From the IMG/VR virus record IMGVR_UViG_3300021066_000068, positions 46,135-110,134 of that record: DNA of 64,000 nucleotides. One strand, written 5' to 3'. The position numbers and the translations under genes are program-made. This DNA is from a virus (Duplodnaviria; Caudoviricetes). Below, one piece after another: positions 62,836 to 64,000 of this stretch. Under the pieces are notes generated by a model. It did no database searches. It worked only from the letters and a program-made list of their open reading frames with translations, and was not told the DNA's origin. Each line of letters starts with the position of its first letter. Within the stretch, counting starts at the first letter, position 1.

Positions 62836-62864
62836 GCGGCCCCTTCGGGGGCCGTTTGCTTTTG
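62836..62864 (+). terminator. Intrinsic terminator
   Basis: GCGGCCCC-TTCG-GGGGCCGT then TTGCTTTT. Confidence 0.8.
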
Positions 62865-63076
62865 AGCCACAGCCCCTCTCAATTCACCGCCCCATAGTAA
62901 CGCTAGACTGGTTTGGCTGCGGAATCATTCGTAGAAAGAAAGCCGTGCAGCGCTTCGCTCGCGTTGCACGCCTCCAATAGCTGCCAAACTGAGCCCGCCC
63001 CCAGCGGGCTCTTTTTTCATTCTGGCGCCTGGGAATCGGGCTAGACTTTTCCCAAGGTGTGAGGAGGAGAGGTTGC

Positions 63077-63466
63077 ATGAGCCGTCGTCAGGATTTCCGC
63101 GGATCGTCCTTTGAGCGTGATCCCGGAGGGCTTTCCGATAAGGAAGTCCTGGCCTACGGACGGGACCTATCCCAGGCAAAGACCTCCGAAGTGGTGATTC
63201 ACGACCATCGAGACGGCATCCACCTCAGTCTCTGGTTTGCCAAGCCGTCCAATCGTCCTCGCATTCAAATCCTCGCCGTGGCCCTATCCAAGCTTTGCGG
63301 GGCGCGTCTCCGGCGCGACAGCCAGCCCAGGGCCGGAGACTTTTCCGCGGTCGCACAGGAGCACTACCACAGCCCTCCGGTGCATACCTTCATCAAGGAG
63401 ACGCGCCCCTCGGGCCGCCAGCGCCTTGCTGCCCTAGCGGCCGAGAGAAAGCGCAAGAGCAGATAG
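63077..63466 (+). CDS. Hypothetical protein
   Basis: GAGGAGGAG RBS. Confidence 0.5.
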   Translation: MSRRQDFRGSSFERDPGGLSDKEVLAYGRDLSQAKTSEVVIHDHRDGIHLSLWFAKPSNRPRIQILAVALSKLCGARLRRDSQPRAGDFSAVAQEHYHSPPVHTFIKETRPSGRQRLAALAAERKRKSR

Positions 63467-63471
63467 CCTCC

Positions 63472-63879
63472 TTATTCTCGGTCGGAATTGCGCAAATCGT
63501 ACTCGTGGCGGGCCGCCTTCGCCGCAACCATCTGAGCGCCGTATCCGGCTAGGGCGTCGATTACGTCTGCCGTCAATCCCGCTTGCGCCAGCATCTTGCG
63601 CGGGACGATTACAACGTCCTCGGGTAGCGCGTCGCGCCAAAGCTCGGGATGGGCTTTGTTCGCGTCGAGGATTGTTTTCGCTGGGCCGCGCTCGATGTAG
63701 TCCACCCACACGACATCATGCTCCGGCAGCCTGTCGTCTTCCATCATCGGGCGAACTTCGACGAACGCCTTGAGCCGATAGAGAAGATGATCCAAGGCCG
63801 CGCGGAGCCGATGGCGCGACTGGTCGGCCATGATCGCTACGGCTGTCAGCGGTTCAATCTCGGCCATCAGGCCCTCCAT
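63472..63879 (-). CDS. Hypothetical protein
   Basis: 135 aa ORF. Confidence 0.55.
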   Translation of the reverse strand: MEGLMAEIEPLTAVAIMADQSRHRLRAALDHLLYRLKAFVEVRPMMEDDRLPEHDVVWVDYIERGPAKTILDANKAHPELWRDALPEDVVIVPRKMLAQAGLTADVIDALAGYGAQMVAAKAARHEYDLRNSDRE

Positions 63880-64000
63880 TCGTTAGCTGCGCTGTGCGCG
63901 CAACAGCTTTTCGCGAAAAACCTTACTGATGGCGTTCTTGTCGTGCTGCGGCATCAGCCACACCGCGAAATCGATGCACTTGCCCATCATCCATATGCGC

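Noticed and set aside
1-64000. Integrase, att site or IS element
   Set aside because: No recombinase or transposase motifs seen, so lifestyle cannot be determined from this window

Overview
A 64 kb segment of a GC-rich dsDNA tailed-phage genome. The host is probably a Hyphomicrobiales alphaproteobacterium, judging by the porin, MarR and H-NS types. Left half (minus strand): head and packaging module with major capsid protein, decoration protein, scaffold, GroES-like co-chaperonin, a 1.2-kaa polyvalent ejection protein, portal and TerL/TerS. A moron carrying H-NS, a C39-like peptidase and structured non-coding regions interrupts it. Middle: replication module (beta clamp, adenine methylase, initiator with internal 33-bp iterons, HNH, DnaB), then a divergent early region (SPFH, ERF, YqaJ exonuclease, MazG-like). 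Right: 17 tRNA genes plus one pseudo-tRNA in three sub-operons, with a GGQ release-factor-like gene and a LAGLIDADG nuclease, followed by MarR, HNH and a porin. The most striking observation is that each tRNA sub-operon is preceded by a probable leaderless mini-ORF starting 35-36 nt after a TTG -35 box. Its codons match the downstream tRNAs: Thr-rich before Lys/Thr tRNAs, Ser/Leu/Gln/Tyr-rich before Ser/Leu/Tyr/Gln tRNAs, and more weakly Ile/Asn before Asn/Ile. This suggests ribosome-sensed, attenuation-like control of phage tRNA supply. Other notable signals are an overprinted promoter and ORF inside the polyvalent protein, a capsid N-terminus mimic, a hairpin/ACCA ncRNA array and a dispersed GA-mismatch DNA hairpin family. 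All calls come from reading motifs; no database searches were run.
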